From the NCBI GenBank assembly GCA_951406725.2, contig OX597820.1, forward strand, positions 94,674,001 to 94,738,000: DNA of 64,000 nucleotides, read 5' to 3'. Origin of the DNA: Octopus vulgaris. Its lineage: Eukaryota. The translations under genes and the position numbers were made by a program. Shown here one piece after another: positions 12,800 to 26,324 of this stretch. Under the pieces are notes generated by a model, which saw nothing but the letters and a program-made list of their open reading frames with translations, did no database searches and was not told where the DNA came from. Within the stretch, counting starts at the first letter, position 1; the number at the start of each line of letters is the position of its first letter.

Positions 12800-15600
12800 A
12801 AAGAAGCCACAAAGCGGGAAGAAGAAAAATCCATAAAAATGTGGGAAAAACAACAAGAGTGAGTCACTAACTATGAAGAAAACCATGGAGACAAATGCAT
12901 AATGAAAACGAAACCACAACAACACGAAGAAATCGAAAACAAACTTAGACACTAACCCCAGAAGAACCGAACTGAGGTAACGAACCTCTAATTACCCAAG
13001 AACATACGCGGAAATGACCCCTGTCTCACCCCAAGTACAGACCAGAAACCTATATTCTACAATGCATAACACTGCAAATAGCCAACACATGAAATATAGA
13101 AGACGACTATCAACCCATAAGTCCACACACCATAGATGGATAAATAAAAAGAAAAAAGGGCATGAAAGGCAAATAACATACAGACAACCACCAACCGGTA
13201 ATAAAAGATGGAAGAGAGAGACAAATAAAATACAGACAGCACGGGTATTATAATAGGAATAATAATCATCATCATAACTCAAGCAACCCACGATTTACGA
13301 CCAAAATTTCCATATATCCTGAATGGCGAAAAGAGCATGGAGGAAGGGAAGAAAACAAAACTTATAACCAGCGGAATTCATATAAAAGATATGAACCATC
13401 CTCCCACTTACATGGAAACCAGAACGCCGAGATCAGAAAACGGAGACATGGTGACACAATTCCTTTTTTAGGGAGGAAATACTAAAATAACACACCGGAC
13501 CCGATAATACACAAAATTTAAATGAACACACACACAACATATAGACCCGAAGATCATAAATTTGTCAAACGAGAATGAGATGATCCTCCTATTAAAAGGT
13601 TTCAAGTTTACCCCGACACCTACACCTAATCTCATAGAACTGGAATCTGATACTGAACACTTCAACCGCCACCTCCGACTTATAGAATTCTTCAACAACA
13701 AAGATTTAAATGATGAATAATAGTCAGAAATAAATCCCACTTCATCCGCTACAAGGGAAAGGATAAATATTTAGACTTATATATAGGCACGATTTAAAAA
13801 TTTCCCCTAAATACCCACAGATGCAAACAAAACCTTCGTGAAGAAGAAAAGGAAGCCTTACAAACACTGAAGAATGACATCTCAGTCATCCTAAAAGAAA
13901 AAAACAATAATGAATAAAATCAGGAGACTAATCAATGAATTCCAAGATTCCTTCACAGACAAGGAGAAATATTATATATGCAGCCCTGTAATCAAAGAGA
14001 GTAATTTCTACGGATTACCCAAAATCCACAAAAGCTCCGAAATACAAAGTGCCATAAAGAAGAAGAACCAATACGTAAAAATACTAAGGCCTTCTGACCT
14101 CAAACTAAGACCAATAGTTGCTGGAAATCAAGCACCAACACAACAACTAAGTCATTTTTTGGATATACTCCTAAAACCTTTGTAGCTTTTAATACCCAAT
14201 TATGTACATGATGGCATAGATTTCATCCAACACATCCCTTCCACTGTCGCAGAAGGTACTATACTCACAAGTTTTGATGGCACCAATCTCTATACTAATA
14301 TACCTCACACTTTAGGCCTAGAAGCAATCAAATACCGGGTAGAAGAACACAGAGAACGGATAAATGAACGTTTCAACACTGACTTCATCACCAAGGCCAC
14401 ACACCTAGTACTAGAGGAAAATACCTTTAGATTCGACAATGAAACATATCGACAAAAAAGGGCACGGCCATGGGTACGCGGTTTACGATCTCATATGCAA
14501 ACTTAGTAATGGGATACTTGGAAGAAAAACTTTATGAGGAAGTAGAAAAAACTTTTGATCAGGAGTACAAGAAATATATTAAAAAGTGGAAACGCTTCCT
14601 TGATGATTGCTTCATCTTCTGGGACAAATCGAATGAAGATCTAAATATATTTAACAATATACTGAACACACTTGACCCATTCATCTAATTCACGACAGAA
14701 TCCATTTGCAATGAACTACCATTCCAGGATATCCATATAAAAATACAGAACTCCACAGTCACAACAAACATATTTTATAAAACACCGACACCAACCAATA
14801 TTTAAATTTCTACTCTTGCCATAGACGCATCTGTGCTATAATGACTGACCCCAAAATACGTGAGATCCGACTCAACGAAATCAAAGGCTTCCCACAACAC
14901 AGAAATACCCCTAGGATTAATTAATGAGGGGATTAAAAAAGCGATGGAACTGAATATCACACATCTACGGATACCTAAGGAAAAAGTTAATGAAAACACG
15001 ATTCCGTTCATTAACACACACAGTCCTGGAATGACCATCTTCCACAAACTTACCTGTACTCCTACAAAGACCCAAAATGAAAAATCTGATTGAAAAAAAC
15101 ACCTTACGGAATAGCAGATGCCAACCAAAAAATCTTGAAAAACACCTCACAAGGGCAGAATTCAAATCAGAGAATGAATCTGAATTCTTAGTAAAAGAAT
15201 GTGGAGTTAGAAGATGTGGAACACGCAACATCAACAACTTCAAATACTTGGAAAGGGGTTCTTACATAAAATTCAAAAGCGGATCCCTTTTCAAAATGCA
15301 GACATGAACTGCAAAAGGCAAAACCTCATATACTGCATTACCTGCCCAAACTGCTAAGAAAATTACATTGGTGAAACAAATAATTCCCTCTGCCAACGTG
15401 CAAGAATCCACAGGCAACATATCCGACAAGAGGAATTACGCAAGATTCCATTAAGTAAGCATCTGGAAATATGCAGCCTCCAAAAGTTAAACATTTTTCC
15501 CTTTTACAAATGTGCACGGGACGATCTGCATTACTGAAAAGCAATGGAACTAGATTTCATCAAAAATTCTCTCCAAAATTGAATGTTTGAAGGTAAAGTC
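12800..15600 (+). mobile_element. Decayed Penelope-like retroelement (RT + GIY-YIG endonuclease) in intron 1 of the micro-exon gene
   Basis: Motifs NFYGLPKIHK, LRPIVAG, NLYTNIPH, AMGTRF..YANLVMG, WKRFLDDCF and C-terminal NLIYCITCPNC*ENYIGET. Many stops and frameshifts; 5' limit approximate. Confidence 0.9.
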
Positions 15601-15703
15601 GAGAATTTGAATACTTTATACCAAATGTGGTACATCTCTACAAATGTTCAGATATATGTGTGTAGCATTGGGATGTTTTAGATTTACGTATATATATACA
15701 TAC

Positions 15704-15772
<69 letters not shown>

Positions 15773-15773
15773 G

Positions 15774-16042
15774 AATACAAAAATGGGGCATCCAGACAGT
15801 TAGATGATACAAAAAGAGACAAGAAAAAACAAGGAGGAGTCATTCCTCAGTCGAGTTCCAGATTATTTTTGCAGTTTCGTCGAGTATAACCAGCCGAAAC
15901 TGAAAAGATAATCTGGAACTCGACTGACGAAAGAAAACTCCGAATGAACCGTTTTTGTTTTTCTCTTGTCCCTTTTTGTATCATCTAACTGTCTGGGTGT
16001 CTTGTTGTCGCCGGTTGCGTTCTTGTCCCATTTTTTTGTATT
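15774..16042. repeat. Inverted repeat (fold-back) between (TA)n tracts, pLTR-like
   Basis: CCAGACAGTTAGATGATACAAAAAGAGACAAG...CAGTCGAGTTCCAGATTAT is mirrored by ATAATCTGGAACTCGACTG...CTTGTCCCTTTTTGTATCATCTAACTGTCTGG. Confidence 0.8.
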
Positions 16043-16078
16043 TTTTATATAGCTATAGCGGCATGCGTACACTTTGGG

Positions 16079-16129
<51 letters not shown>

Positions 16130-16195
16130 CTTCGTGTGTACCGTTGGCGATTTTTTTCCTCTGTCTTCCCTTCTCTGGATCTTTCCTTCTCCTAT

Positions 16196-16230
16196 GTTTC
16201 CGACGAAGAGCTCCGCTCGAAACGTTAAAC
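16196..16230 (+). ncRNA. Minimal hammerhead ribozyme motif (Penelope type), core variant CCGACGA
   Basis: GTTT-CCGACGA-A-GAGC tcc GCTC-GAAA-CG-TT-AAAC; stem I GTTT/AAAC, palindromic ACGT stem III. Confidence 0.6.
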
Positions 16231-16331
16231 CCTCCTTCTTTCCTTCTTCCCTGAGCGTCCAATAATACTATATTTGTTCCACGTCCTCGCGTTGTTGTGT
16301 GTTTTTTTTGTGCTTTCTTGTTTGGATTAAC

Positions 16332-16362
<31 letters not shown>

Positions 16363-16727
16363 TTTTTTAGCATATTTTATTTGTTGATTGATTTTTTAAA
16401 TTGTTAATTTGCAAATATTATACTAATATTTTTTAATGCAGAACTACATTTCATCAAGAAATTCCCTCCAAAAATGAATGTTTGGAAGGGGTAACAGGAC
16501 ATTTTGTATTCTAAATATTAATTTTATTTGACAAGTTCGAGAATAATGAACAAGCTGTTTTTCCAAAATTCTAACGACTTTTTTCTCAAAACATATATAT
16601 ATATATAAGCAATAATAAATCTCTGAACGACACGACAATGTGAAGTATATTTGCCATTTAAATGTGGCTAACCACTAAGAGAGGATGCTACTGTAGCTTG
16701 TAGCCCCAGGAGAACATCTCCAGTTGG

Positions 16728-16828
<101 letters not shown>

Positions 16829-16829
16829 G

Positions 16830-17213
16830 AAGCAGATCATACTCAGTCCAACCAGGCACAAAAATGGCCAGGACCTCTGGACAGAACTGACAATGTATGG
16901 CCCGGAATTAACTAAAGATAAACTCCGCACAGATGGCGCTCAAACCCTATCAAGCCTAAATTTCTATAAGGCTGACTGGAAGTAAGTTGAAAAACAAATA
17001 CTCCAGCAAGACTGGACTAAAAGCCTCTCTATGCATGACATAGATGTGAAACTCAATAAATTCATGTCAATTATGCGAGTCATACGCATTAAATATGTCC
17101 CTGAGAAGGGAACCAATACACACAAAAACATCATTCCCCGAGACAGGAGAATACACCTGCGGCGGAGAATAAAGATCTCGAATCATTTAAACAAACACCT
17201 TAATATTGTGTGA
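16830..17213 (+). mobile_element. CR1/L2-type LINE ORF2 fragment (post-endonuclease linker)
   Basis: LNFYKADW...QQDWTKSLSMHDIDVKLNKFMSIMRVIRIKYVPEK. Confidence 0.55.
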
Positions 17214-18067
17214 CCAGGTTGGATTCCTGTGAACAATATATTTTGAAGCTATGGGTGCAGGAGCTGTACTTAGTTGTTTACAGTCGCTAACCAAGGATCA
17301 GTATTAAGGAATGAGAGTCTGTTGTTAGGGTACGCATATATGTATATTATTTATATTATATGAGTGAACGCCACGCATCCATTTCCATGTAAGTTTTATC
17401 TTAATAATCCTGATGCAACATTATTCTATCACTATCTCTATTTCTCTCTCTCTCTTCCTCTTTCTATATTCTTTTTATCTTTCCTTTTTTCTCTCTCATC
17501 CTTTCTCTAATTCTTCTCCTCCTCCTTCACCTTTCTCTATCTGCCCCTGTCTCTCCCTCACTCTTCCTCCTTGACTCTATCGTTGCTCACGCGTGACCAG
17601 CGGCCATCTTTCTTCTCCTAACTCGAATTTCTTTCTTTCTTCTCGTTCAGCTACAGGGATAGCATGAATTTTTGTCTGTCACTTGTCAAAGCTTGTTTCT
17701 CCAGCGTTCATCACTTTTCCTCATTATGGCTTAACAGCCCTTACCGTTTGTTTTTACTGTCCTGCTTTTGTTACCAATTTTGACCCTCCGCAAATCCCAA
17801 ATTTTATTAAATTTGCTTTGCGGGAGCAACTGTTTTGACGAAGACGCATCTTGTCCTAATGCTCGAAATGCGAAGTAGAAAAAGCAGTGAACAACTGATG
17901 AAGGGATTGTTCTTTATGTTGCCTGTCTTGTTTTTCTATTTGTTTCTTTCGTTGTTCGCAAAAAAGTTCGTTTTCCATGTTTTTGTTTTTCATATTCTAT
18001 CTCATGTTGTTTACGTTTTTTTTACGGCTTATGCATGTGTATATATATATATATATATAAGTATGTA

Positions 18068-18228
18068 CAGGAGTGGCTGTGTGGTAAGTAGCTTGCTAAC
18101 CAGCCACATGGTTCCGGGTTCAGTCCCACTGCGTGGCATCTTGGGCAAGTGTCTTCTGCTATAGCCCCGGGCCGACCAATGCCTTGTGAGTGGATTTGGT
18201 AGACGGAAACTGAAAGAAGCCTGTCGTA

Positions 18229-18268
<40 letters not shown>

Positions 18269-18500
18269 GCATGTGTGTGTGTGCTTGTGTGTCTGTTTGT
18301 CCCCTTATCATTGCTTGACAACCGATGCTGGTGTGTTTACGTCCCCGTCACTTAGCGGTTCGGCAAAAAAGACCGATAGAATAAGTACTGGGCTTACAAA
18401 GAATAAGTCACGAGGTCGATTTGCTCGACTAAACGCGGTGCTCCAGCATGGCCGCAGTCAAATGACTGAAACAAGTAAAAGAGTAAAAAAAGTAAAGAGT
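18068..18500 (+). mobile_element. tRNA-derived SINE (GGAGTGGCTGTGTGGTAAG family) with internal (TA)n
   Basis: A/B box-like head GTGGTAAG...GGTTCAGTCCC; shares body with copies at 27212, 28771 and 46187. Confidence 0.85.
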
Positions 18501-18611
18501 ATATGATTAAGCGCCCTGCATCCATTTCCAAGATACTTTGGTGAATGGAGCTAGCTATGTACTGGATGATGATTGGTGATATTCCCCGTTCAGATGTGGT
18601 GGGGCAGAATA

Positions 18612-19350
18612 TACAGTGTTCCGAAATTAAGACAACATAAGTTTCAGGCTTCAATAGCTATCTTTAAATGTGATAAGATATGAAAATTATACATCATTAT
18701 AAAAGCTTCGTGTGTTTTCTTTGTGTTTCAGTCAATATAAATTCACACTTTGGAGTGTATCTGGTTCCGTCGAACTTTGGAGTGTATCTATCTGGCTCGT
18801 AAATCGACGTCAAAATCAAGTTAGTTATGGTTTGGGCGACTGTGACAGCCACTGAAAGGTCTTCCTTCGTTTTTTGTGCCATCGTGAGTTAAAATTAACA
18901 ACTAGCGATTCATTAGTGATATTCTGGAAGCTGAACAGCTTCCATGGGTGAATGTACACTTTCAAGATGCACCTTGGCGCCTCCAATAGGACTCGGCACC
19001 ATCCCACAGCTTCAAACAGACAAAACAATATTCCGTCGTTCATAGGCAAGGATGTATGGCCCTCAAAAAGCCCCGATCTCAATCCGTTGGATTTTTCTGT
19101 CTGGTTCATGCTCGACACTGCGCTAGGAATGGATTTCGATTCTGCAAGAACAGTTGCTTACCATATGTGAACCATTTGCACTTCGATTTAAGGCCGTGAT
19201 TCGAAACAGAGGTGATCATATCGAATAAATGTGGTATTGTCATAATTGTGTTTCCTTTATGATTGTACTGCAATGCTAGATGCGAAATACAACAATATTT
19301 TACTTTGACAAAATTGAAAAAAATTGGTTGCCTTAATTTTGGGTCACCCT
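18612..19350 (+). mobile_element. Internally deleted Tc1/mariner-superfamily transposon
   Basis: Transposase motif WPSKSPDLNPLDFSVW; imperfect TIRs CAGTGTTCCGAAATTAAGACAAC and GTTGCCTTAATTTTGGGTCACCCT. Confidence 0.75.
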
Positions 19351-19732
19351 ATGCTTGTGTATAGTTTGACCCCAAAGTCTCAGGCAGAGAAGCACAGCAT
19401 CTGTAATGGACTAAGAAGAAAGATATTGAAAGGGTTCCAATCGGCAACGAAAGAACTTTGACAAACAAAAACAAAACCAATGTATCAATGTTTAACCAAA
19501 TCAATCAAACAATCGATTAGTTTGTTGGATATGCAACCAATTGACTAATAATAAATTGAACTAGTGGAATTGAACCAGTGAATGTGTTAATAGTATTAGC
19601 ATAATGACTCTTCCTAGATACAACAATATATACACACATACACACATACACACAAGCACACACACACACAAGCACACACACACACACAAGCACACACACA
19701 CAAGCACACACACACACAAGCACACACACACA

Positions 19733-19789
<57 letters not shown>

Positions 19790-19919
19790 GCACACATATA
19801 TACGCACACATGCATTCAAACATATATATCAAAACCTGGGAGAAGGTAGGCGTGGCTGGAACAAGGGACACTATGGAGGGTGTAATGGCGCTTCGGCATA
19901 GCGAAGCAGTTCCTTAACA

Positions 19920-20560
19920 ACTGTATGTGTAAGCTATGTCATGTTTCTGTGGAAGACATCACGCATGTGATTAGCAGCTGTCCTAAAATGTCATCACGAT
20001 ACTACCTCCCTATGCAGCACGATGTTGTTGCTAAAACAATTTACAATGCCATCCGCAAAAAAGAATGTCCTGAAATAAACTTAGAAAATCCCTCTGTTAT
20101 GGAATACATTCACAAACAACAACTTAAGGAAAACTGGTGGAATATTCCCATCAAAACTTCTGTCAAATGTAAACATTAACAGGTCAGATATTGTTGTTTG
20201 GGTATGTACCGTCATAGAAGTCAGATGCCCTGCAGATATAAATATTTCTCTGAAAATCAAAAGAAAAGAAGATATATATGGACATATATATCATCTAGCT
20301 CTATATTCATAATCATACCAATAATAATTGGAGCACTAGGAGAATCTGAATAAACAGGGATTTTCAGAAAGAGAAATCGACCGGCTAATTCGTACATTAC
20401 AAGTGCAACTTGTGACTGGAAGAGTAAAAATATGCAAGACTTTTCTCAAGTTCCAAATGTGAATTTATCTGTGTTAACTACATCCCAAAGATGGAGTCAT
20501 GTATCTTTGTTGGAAACCGGCTACCTCCCCAATGGAAGATTTATGATAATTCAGAAATAG
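19920..20560 (+). mobile_element. 3' fragment of RLE-type (R4/Dong-like) non-LTR element ending at (CATA)n
   Basis: CKLCHVSVEDITHVISSCPKMSSRYYLPMQHDVVAK CCHC motif, DIVV..EV..P nuclease remnant, IPIIIGALG. Confidence 0.8.
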
Positions 20561-20906
20561 AAGAGACAGACATACATACATGCATACATGCATACGTACA
20601 TACATTCTCAATATGGAAAATACTTAGCACTCAAATGATTTGAATTTACACTCCGAAATTTTTATCAGGGACGGAGTCCACGAAGTAATGGGTGGCTATG
20701 AGAGAAATTCAGGTGAGCAGATAAGGATACAATGATGTATGTATGCATGTATTTATGTATGTACGTACATATATAGATACATGTATATGCTAAACTGGTA
20801 ACACGATCTCTCTTTTTCCATCTCTCTCTCTCCCTATATATATAAATATATGTATGTATGTATGTTATGTATGTATGTATGTATGTATGTATATGTATGT
20901 GTGTAC

Positions 20907-20937
<31 letters not shown>

Positions 20938-21043
20938 TGTATGTATGTATGTATGTATGTATGTATGTATGTATCCATATCTGTAATAGAAAGTGCTAGT
21001 TTAGTGAAATAGTAAAAAAAATAGTATATCACACGATACTCAC

Positions 21044-21089
21044 ATGAAACTATGGCCACAACGACGATGAGAAGATATATAGTCTTCAT
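21044..21089 (-). CDS. First coding exon (signal peptide) of a putative secreted micro-exon gene: MKTIYLLIVVVAIVS + T (phase 1)
   Basis: Minus strand AAACATC ATG AAG ACT ATA TAT CTT CTC ATC GTC GTT GTG GCC ATA GTT TCA T|GTGAGT. A at -3, basic n-region, hydrophobic h-region, consensus donor. Confidence 0.85.
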
Positions 21090-21140
21090 GATGTTTACTT
21101 CAGAAAGTCAACGATCACAATAAAGCGGAGACTAATTTTT

Positions 21141-21155
21141 TTATTATATATATAT
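21141..21155 (-). promoter_or_regulatory. Candidate TATA box of the micro-exon gene
   Basis: ATATATATATAATAA about 52-66 nt upstream of the ATG. TA runs are very common here, so weak. Confidence 0.35.
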
Positions 21156-21278
21156 GTTCAGTGTTATCAAAGTGTTGATATAACTAAGATTATTGCTATT
21201 GGTTACGTAAGTTCTTCTGTACGAAATACTTTCCGGGGGATACAGAATTAGTTATAAACAAACAAATAAATAGTGTTT

Positions 21279-21318
<40 letters not shown>

Positions 21319-21360
21319 GACTACTACTACTACGACTACTACGACTACTACTACTACTAC

Positions 21361-21410
<50 letters not shown>

Positions 21411-21411
21411 T

Positions 21412-21659
21412 TAGTGCTCATGGGAACTGCTCATATCCTGCGCAAAATACTTTCTATGTAATCCCAAAGTTTAAAACAAACATAATTTTCGGTTTAAAAA
21501 GAAATTTTTTTTTAGACATTCATTAGAACAACACCAAAAACTCCCCCCCCCCAAAAAAAAAAATATATATGGCACACTAGGCATAACAACAACATGAACT
21601 TCCAACCTGTTGTCTCTTGAGGTCTGTGGGTGAGACTTGGAGCCAACTTGTCAAACATA

Positions 21660-21660
<1 letters not shown>
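21412..21660 (+). mobile_element. Short 3' end of R4/Dong-like LINE embedded in (TAA)n
   Basis: VLMGTAHILRKILSM* plus 3' UTR, with (TAA)n on both sides; second copy at 25190-25446. Confidence 0.75.
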
Positions 21661-21734
<74 letters not shown>

Positions 21735-22261
21735 TAATAATAATAATAATACTTTCTACTATAAGCATAAAGCCTGAAATTTTAGGGGAAGGGGCAGTCG
21801 ATTAGATCGATCCCAATACGTAACAGATACTTAATTTATCAACCCCGAGAGGCAAAGTCGACCTCGGCGAAATTTGAACTCAGAATGTAGCGGCAGACAA
21901 AATGCCGCTAAGTATTTCGCCAAGCGTGCTAACGATTCTACCAGCTCGCCGACTTTAATGATAATAATAATCCTTTCTACTAAAGGCACAGGGCCTGAAA
22001 TTTGGTGCATTAATGATAATAGTAATTATAATGATAATAATCCTTTCTACTATAGGCACAAGTCGGGGAAGGGGCTAGGCGATTACATCAATCCCGAAAC
22101 GATGAAAAGCAAAGTTGACCTCAACAGAATTTGAACTCAGACCGTAAGGACGGACAAAATGCCGTTAAGCATTTTCCCACCGTGCTGTTCTGCCAGCTCG
22201 CCAATTTTAATAACAACAACAAAATAATAATAATAATAATAATAATAATTATTATTATAAG

Positions 22262-22627
22262 AAGAAGAATATGGGGCGAGTAAAAGATAAGAGATGTTAC
22301 ATGTTACAGTATGACTGTAAGCTTGGTGGGGCGGTGAAGTAGTGAAACATTTTCAGGTAATGCAACAGAGACATTTAAATGCGTAGGGTTTTTCTAAGGA
22401 TGTGGGCAGTACTTGTCAGTACAATCTTATGGATTTCTCTGAGACATGGTTCTTCTGAGATCTTATCTAGATGTTTCTGACATCCCTTTTGTATCATACC
22501 TAGGGCACCTACAATAACAGGAACAGTTCTCGCTTTAAGATGCCGCTTCTTTCGTATTTCAATTTCCAAGTTCTTACATTAACTTAGTTGCCAAACACTT
22601 ACATCTCTTAGTCTATCAGTGGGAACA

Positions 22628-22630
<3 letters not shown>
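22262..22630 (-). mobile_element. 3' end of R4/Dong-like LINE in (TAA)n
   Basis: TVPVIVGALGMIQKG...IHKIVLTSTAHILRKTL*; flanked by TAA/TTA repeats. Confidence 0.75.
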
Positions 22631-22681
<51 letters not shown>

Positions 22682-22934
22682 CATCATCATCATCATCATC
22701 ATTGTTATTAATCCAGCGAGCTGCTACAATCGTTAGCATGCCATGCAAAATGATTAGCTGCATTTCGTTCGTCTAGAGTTCAAATACCGCCGAGGTCTAC
22801 CTTGCCCTTCATTCTTTCATGGTCCATGATATAGGTACCAGTTAAACCATGGGATCGATGTAATCGACTTTCCCCCTCCACCGAACTTGCTGGCCTTGTG
22901 CCAAAATTTGAAACCATTACTATTATTATCATCG

Positions 22935-23400
22935 TTCAACATTTGGTAGTTTCAAGCAAATTATACTGCATCACCTGCTACACTTTTGTGATGCTGGGCT
23001 GTGCAGCATTGTATGTTCTATTTTGTTGTTGTTGTTGTTGTTCGGAGTGTGCAAACTCTTCACAGTATTGTATTGCGTCAGTTCCTTTGTTATGGGATGT
23101 GGTGCAATCTTTTGTTGCATTAATGTCTGTATTGTATGTTGTGCGTGTAGTGCGTTGGTTAAATCGCCTATCGGTTGCAGTTTATTTCATTGGATATTTG
23201 CTGTGTCTTGTGTTTGTGAATTGTTTTGTTTAGGTTGTGTAATCGAATTGATAGTGTCTTGCGTAGGATGCAGGCTGTTCCTAGCAGTGCTCTATTTTGT
23301 ACAATGTGTAGTATTGAGGGTCCAGATATAGCTTCAACGTTTTTCTACGTAGGTTTTTTTATCATGCCCAATGCTCCAATTATCAATTATTTTTTATATT
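22935..23400 (-). mobile_element. 3' end of R4/Dong-like LINE (homologous to 25462-26010, opposite strand)
   Basis: IIGALGMIKK..ISGP....IALLGTACILRKTLS on the minus strand; 3' UTR shared with the 25.5-26.0 kb copy. Confidence 0.65.
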
Positions 23401-23409
23401 TATTTCATT

Positions 23410-25150
23410 AGGTGATTAATGAATAACTGGAATACAGACTTATGTGGACAATTTTTAGTGAAGGTTAACTTTAAAAGAGGCATATTTCAGGGAGAGACTA
23501 CCGTCATTGTTGTTTGCGATTTGCATAATACCCTTACACAGATACTACGGAAAGTGACATCGGAGTACACCTTGAAAAGTGGAGAAAAATTAAATCACCT
23601 GTTATATATGGATGATTTAAAGATTTTTGGAAAGAACGAACGTGAAATAAATGGTCTAATTTCAACATTGCAAATATTCAGTCAGGATATCGAGATGGAA
23701 TTTGGGATTAAAATGTGTGGTGTGCTTATCATAAAAAAGAGAAAAGTAGTGTCGTCCGATGGTGTAGGACTACCCAACGGTGAGAGAATCAAGGACGTTG
23801 AAATTGTAGGATATAAGTATCTGGGTATTTTGAAGTATGACAAAATCAAGGAGAATGGGATAGTGAAATAAAGGAAAGCTTTAGGCGAGAATATCTAAGA
23901 ACCAAATTAATTATGGGAAGTAGACTCAATGGAAAGTACAAGATAAGGGTAATGAATACATGGGCTATTTCCTTAATGCGATACGGTGCAGGTGTTGTTA
24001 GGTGGACGAAGAATGAGCTTGAAGAGTGATGACAATGAACAAGGAACTGCACCCAATAAGTGATATCGATAGATTTAATGTGCCTAGAAAGAAGGGAGGA
24101 AGAGGTCTCATAGGGTGCAAGATCTAGGTTGTCAACGAGAACAGTCTGGGGCGGTGCATCAAACAGCAGAGTAAATCCTTGCTTGCCGCAGCTAGAAATA
24201 GCAACATGATAACTACCAAAAATGTGACGCGCTGAAAATTATTTAAGAAACTAGATGAGGAAGGAAGAACAACTGGAAATGAATGTAGAGACATTACCTC
24301 AGAGAAATCTAAGATTAAGACAAGACTAACACATGAAGATGGATAAGGAAAAGTGATCTGAAAGGATGAACTGAGATATTGATATACAACACCCAGGAAC
24401 AAGCTCTGAGAACTAATAACACCAAGTTCCTAATAACTAACAGCAGTTAATCGCACCCTTGTAGGATGTGTGGCAGTAAAAATGAAACAATCACACTTTG
24501 TGAGTTAAGGTAGCAAACTGGCACAGATTCACTTCAAAAGGCTGCACGATAACTGGCTAAGTTTGTTCACTGAAGACTGTGTGAAAAGTATGGCCTAGGA
24601 AGAGCACGGAAATGGTACGAACATGAACTGGAGGGTGTCACTGAGAATAATAAGTATAAGATCTTGTGGAATTTTTAGTTCAATGTGATTCCCCAGCTGA
24701 TGCTCGGAAACCAGAAATTGTTGTGGTAGATAAAAGGAAAAAGGAAACTAAGATCATAGATATTGCCATACATGAGGATGCACGCGTAGTTGAGAAATAG
24801 TTGAAAAAGGTAGAGAAATACAAATTACTAAAAAAAAGGAGAATACAAAAATGTGAGCAATGAGGAAAGTAACCGTTATTCCAGTAGTTCGGAGCACTAA
24901 CAACCAGATTCGAGAAATATGTCGGAGAAATTGGAATTGACATGAGGGTAGAGCAGGCCCAAAACCAATTCTATTGGGGACAGCTAGGATTTTGAGATTG
25001 ATGCTTGAGTGTCTTCAATGATAAATTAACAACCAAGTGCCAAGTTTTATAATTTGCCGAAAGAGACCTTGTGAGGCCTCTGATAACAAGTTGCTGTATA
25101 CTTTCACATGATCAACCACAGAAAGCAAGACCGTGAGCTCCAAAGAGTAT
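23410..25150 (+). mobile_element. Decayed R4/Dong-like LINE (RT + CCHC + restriction-like endonuclease)
   Basis: RGIFQG, LNHLLYMDDLKIF, MEFGIKMC, YKYLGI, GGRGL, CRMC, KPEIVVVD..IIDIA; many stops. Confidence 0.88.
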
Positions 25151-25189
25151 TGTAATAATACCAGGAAACCCAAAAATGGCATAAATTCA

Positions 25190-26010
25190 AAAGATAGTGC
25201 TCATGGAAACTGCTCATGTCCTACGCAAAATACTTTCTATGTAATCTCAAGGTTTAAAACAAACATAATTTTCGGTTTACAAAAAAAAAAAACTTTTTAT
25301 AGACATTCATTAGTACAACCCCCCCCCAAATATATGGCACACTAGGCATAACAACAACATGAACTTCCAACCCTGTTGTCTCTTGAGGTCTCTGGGTGAG
25401 ACTTGGAGCCAACTTGTACAAATATAAAGCAAAAGTCAAACATAGAATAATAATAATAATATTTTCTCAAAAAGAAGTGGAGAAACTGTCAATGTACAAA
25501 GATTTCGAAACTGAAGTATTCAATATTTGGAGCATTAAGTCAAAAACAATACCAGTAATAGTTAGAGCATCTGGTATTATAAAAACATATCAAAAACGTA
25601 GACACCATATCTGGACCTTCAACAATGGACGCTATCAAAAGGAATAATACTGTTAGGAACAGCAAACATCCTACGCAAGACACTATCAAGTCAATAATGC
25701 AACCCAAACAAGACAATCCATGAGCACTAGACACTCTCTATAAAGTAAATGCCCAATAAAGCAAACATGTACTCTTCAAGTCGGATACCAAACAGGACAT
25801 AACTCGCATTACTCACGAAACACAAAATACAAATACTAATGCAACAAAAGATTCAAGCCAAACCCCATAAAAAATCAAATTGATGCAATAATGTGCTGGA
25901 AAGAGTCTGTTCTTCCCTAACTCCAACAAAACCAAGATAACCCCAAAATGCATACACTTCAAGTTGTTGAGCAGGTGATGCAGTAAAAGTTTAGTTGAAA
26001 TTATTGAATA
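25190..26010 (+). mobile_element. Two tandem 3' ends of R4/Dong-like LINEs joined by (TAA)n
   Basis: VLMETAHVLRKILSM* piece, then TAA repeat, then KEVEKLSMYKD...TIPVIVRASG...LLGTANILRKTLS piece. Confidence 0.7.
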
Positions 26011-26282
26011 TCTAAAATTAGTAATAATAATAGTAAATGGTTTTAAATTTTGGCACAAAACCAGAAATTTTGGGAAGGAGTTAAGTCAATTACATCGATT
26101 CCAGAACTTGACTGGTACTTAATTTATCGACCTCGAAAGGAGGAAAAACAAGGTTGACCTGAGCGGAATTTGAATTCTGGATATAAGAAAGGACGAAACA
26201 CTGCTAAGCCGGTAAGGCGTGCGAACGAATCTACTAGCTCCTAGCCTTACTGCTACTGCTTCTATTGCTGCTGCTGCTTCTG

Positions 26283-26323
<41 letters not shown>

Positions 26324-26324
26324 G

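Noticed and set aside
17830-17910. Hammerhead-like TTGACGA...GAAA and CTGATGA; similar motif at 35712-35752 (minus)
   Set aside because: Core or stems I/III are broken; at most degenerate pLTR remnants.
18068-18140. tRNA-like A/B boxes at SINE heads
   Set aside because: No cloverleaf; they continue into SINE bodies, so they are not tRNA genes.
20865-21043. Remainder of the 74-aa ORF after MKTIYLLIVVVAIVS
   Set aside because: Read-through past the GTGAGT donor into intronic (CATA)n.
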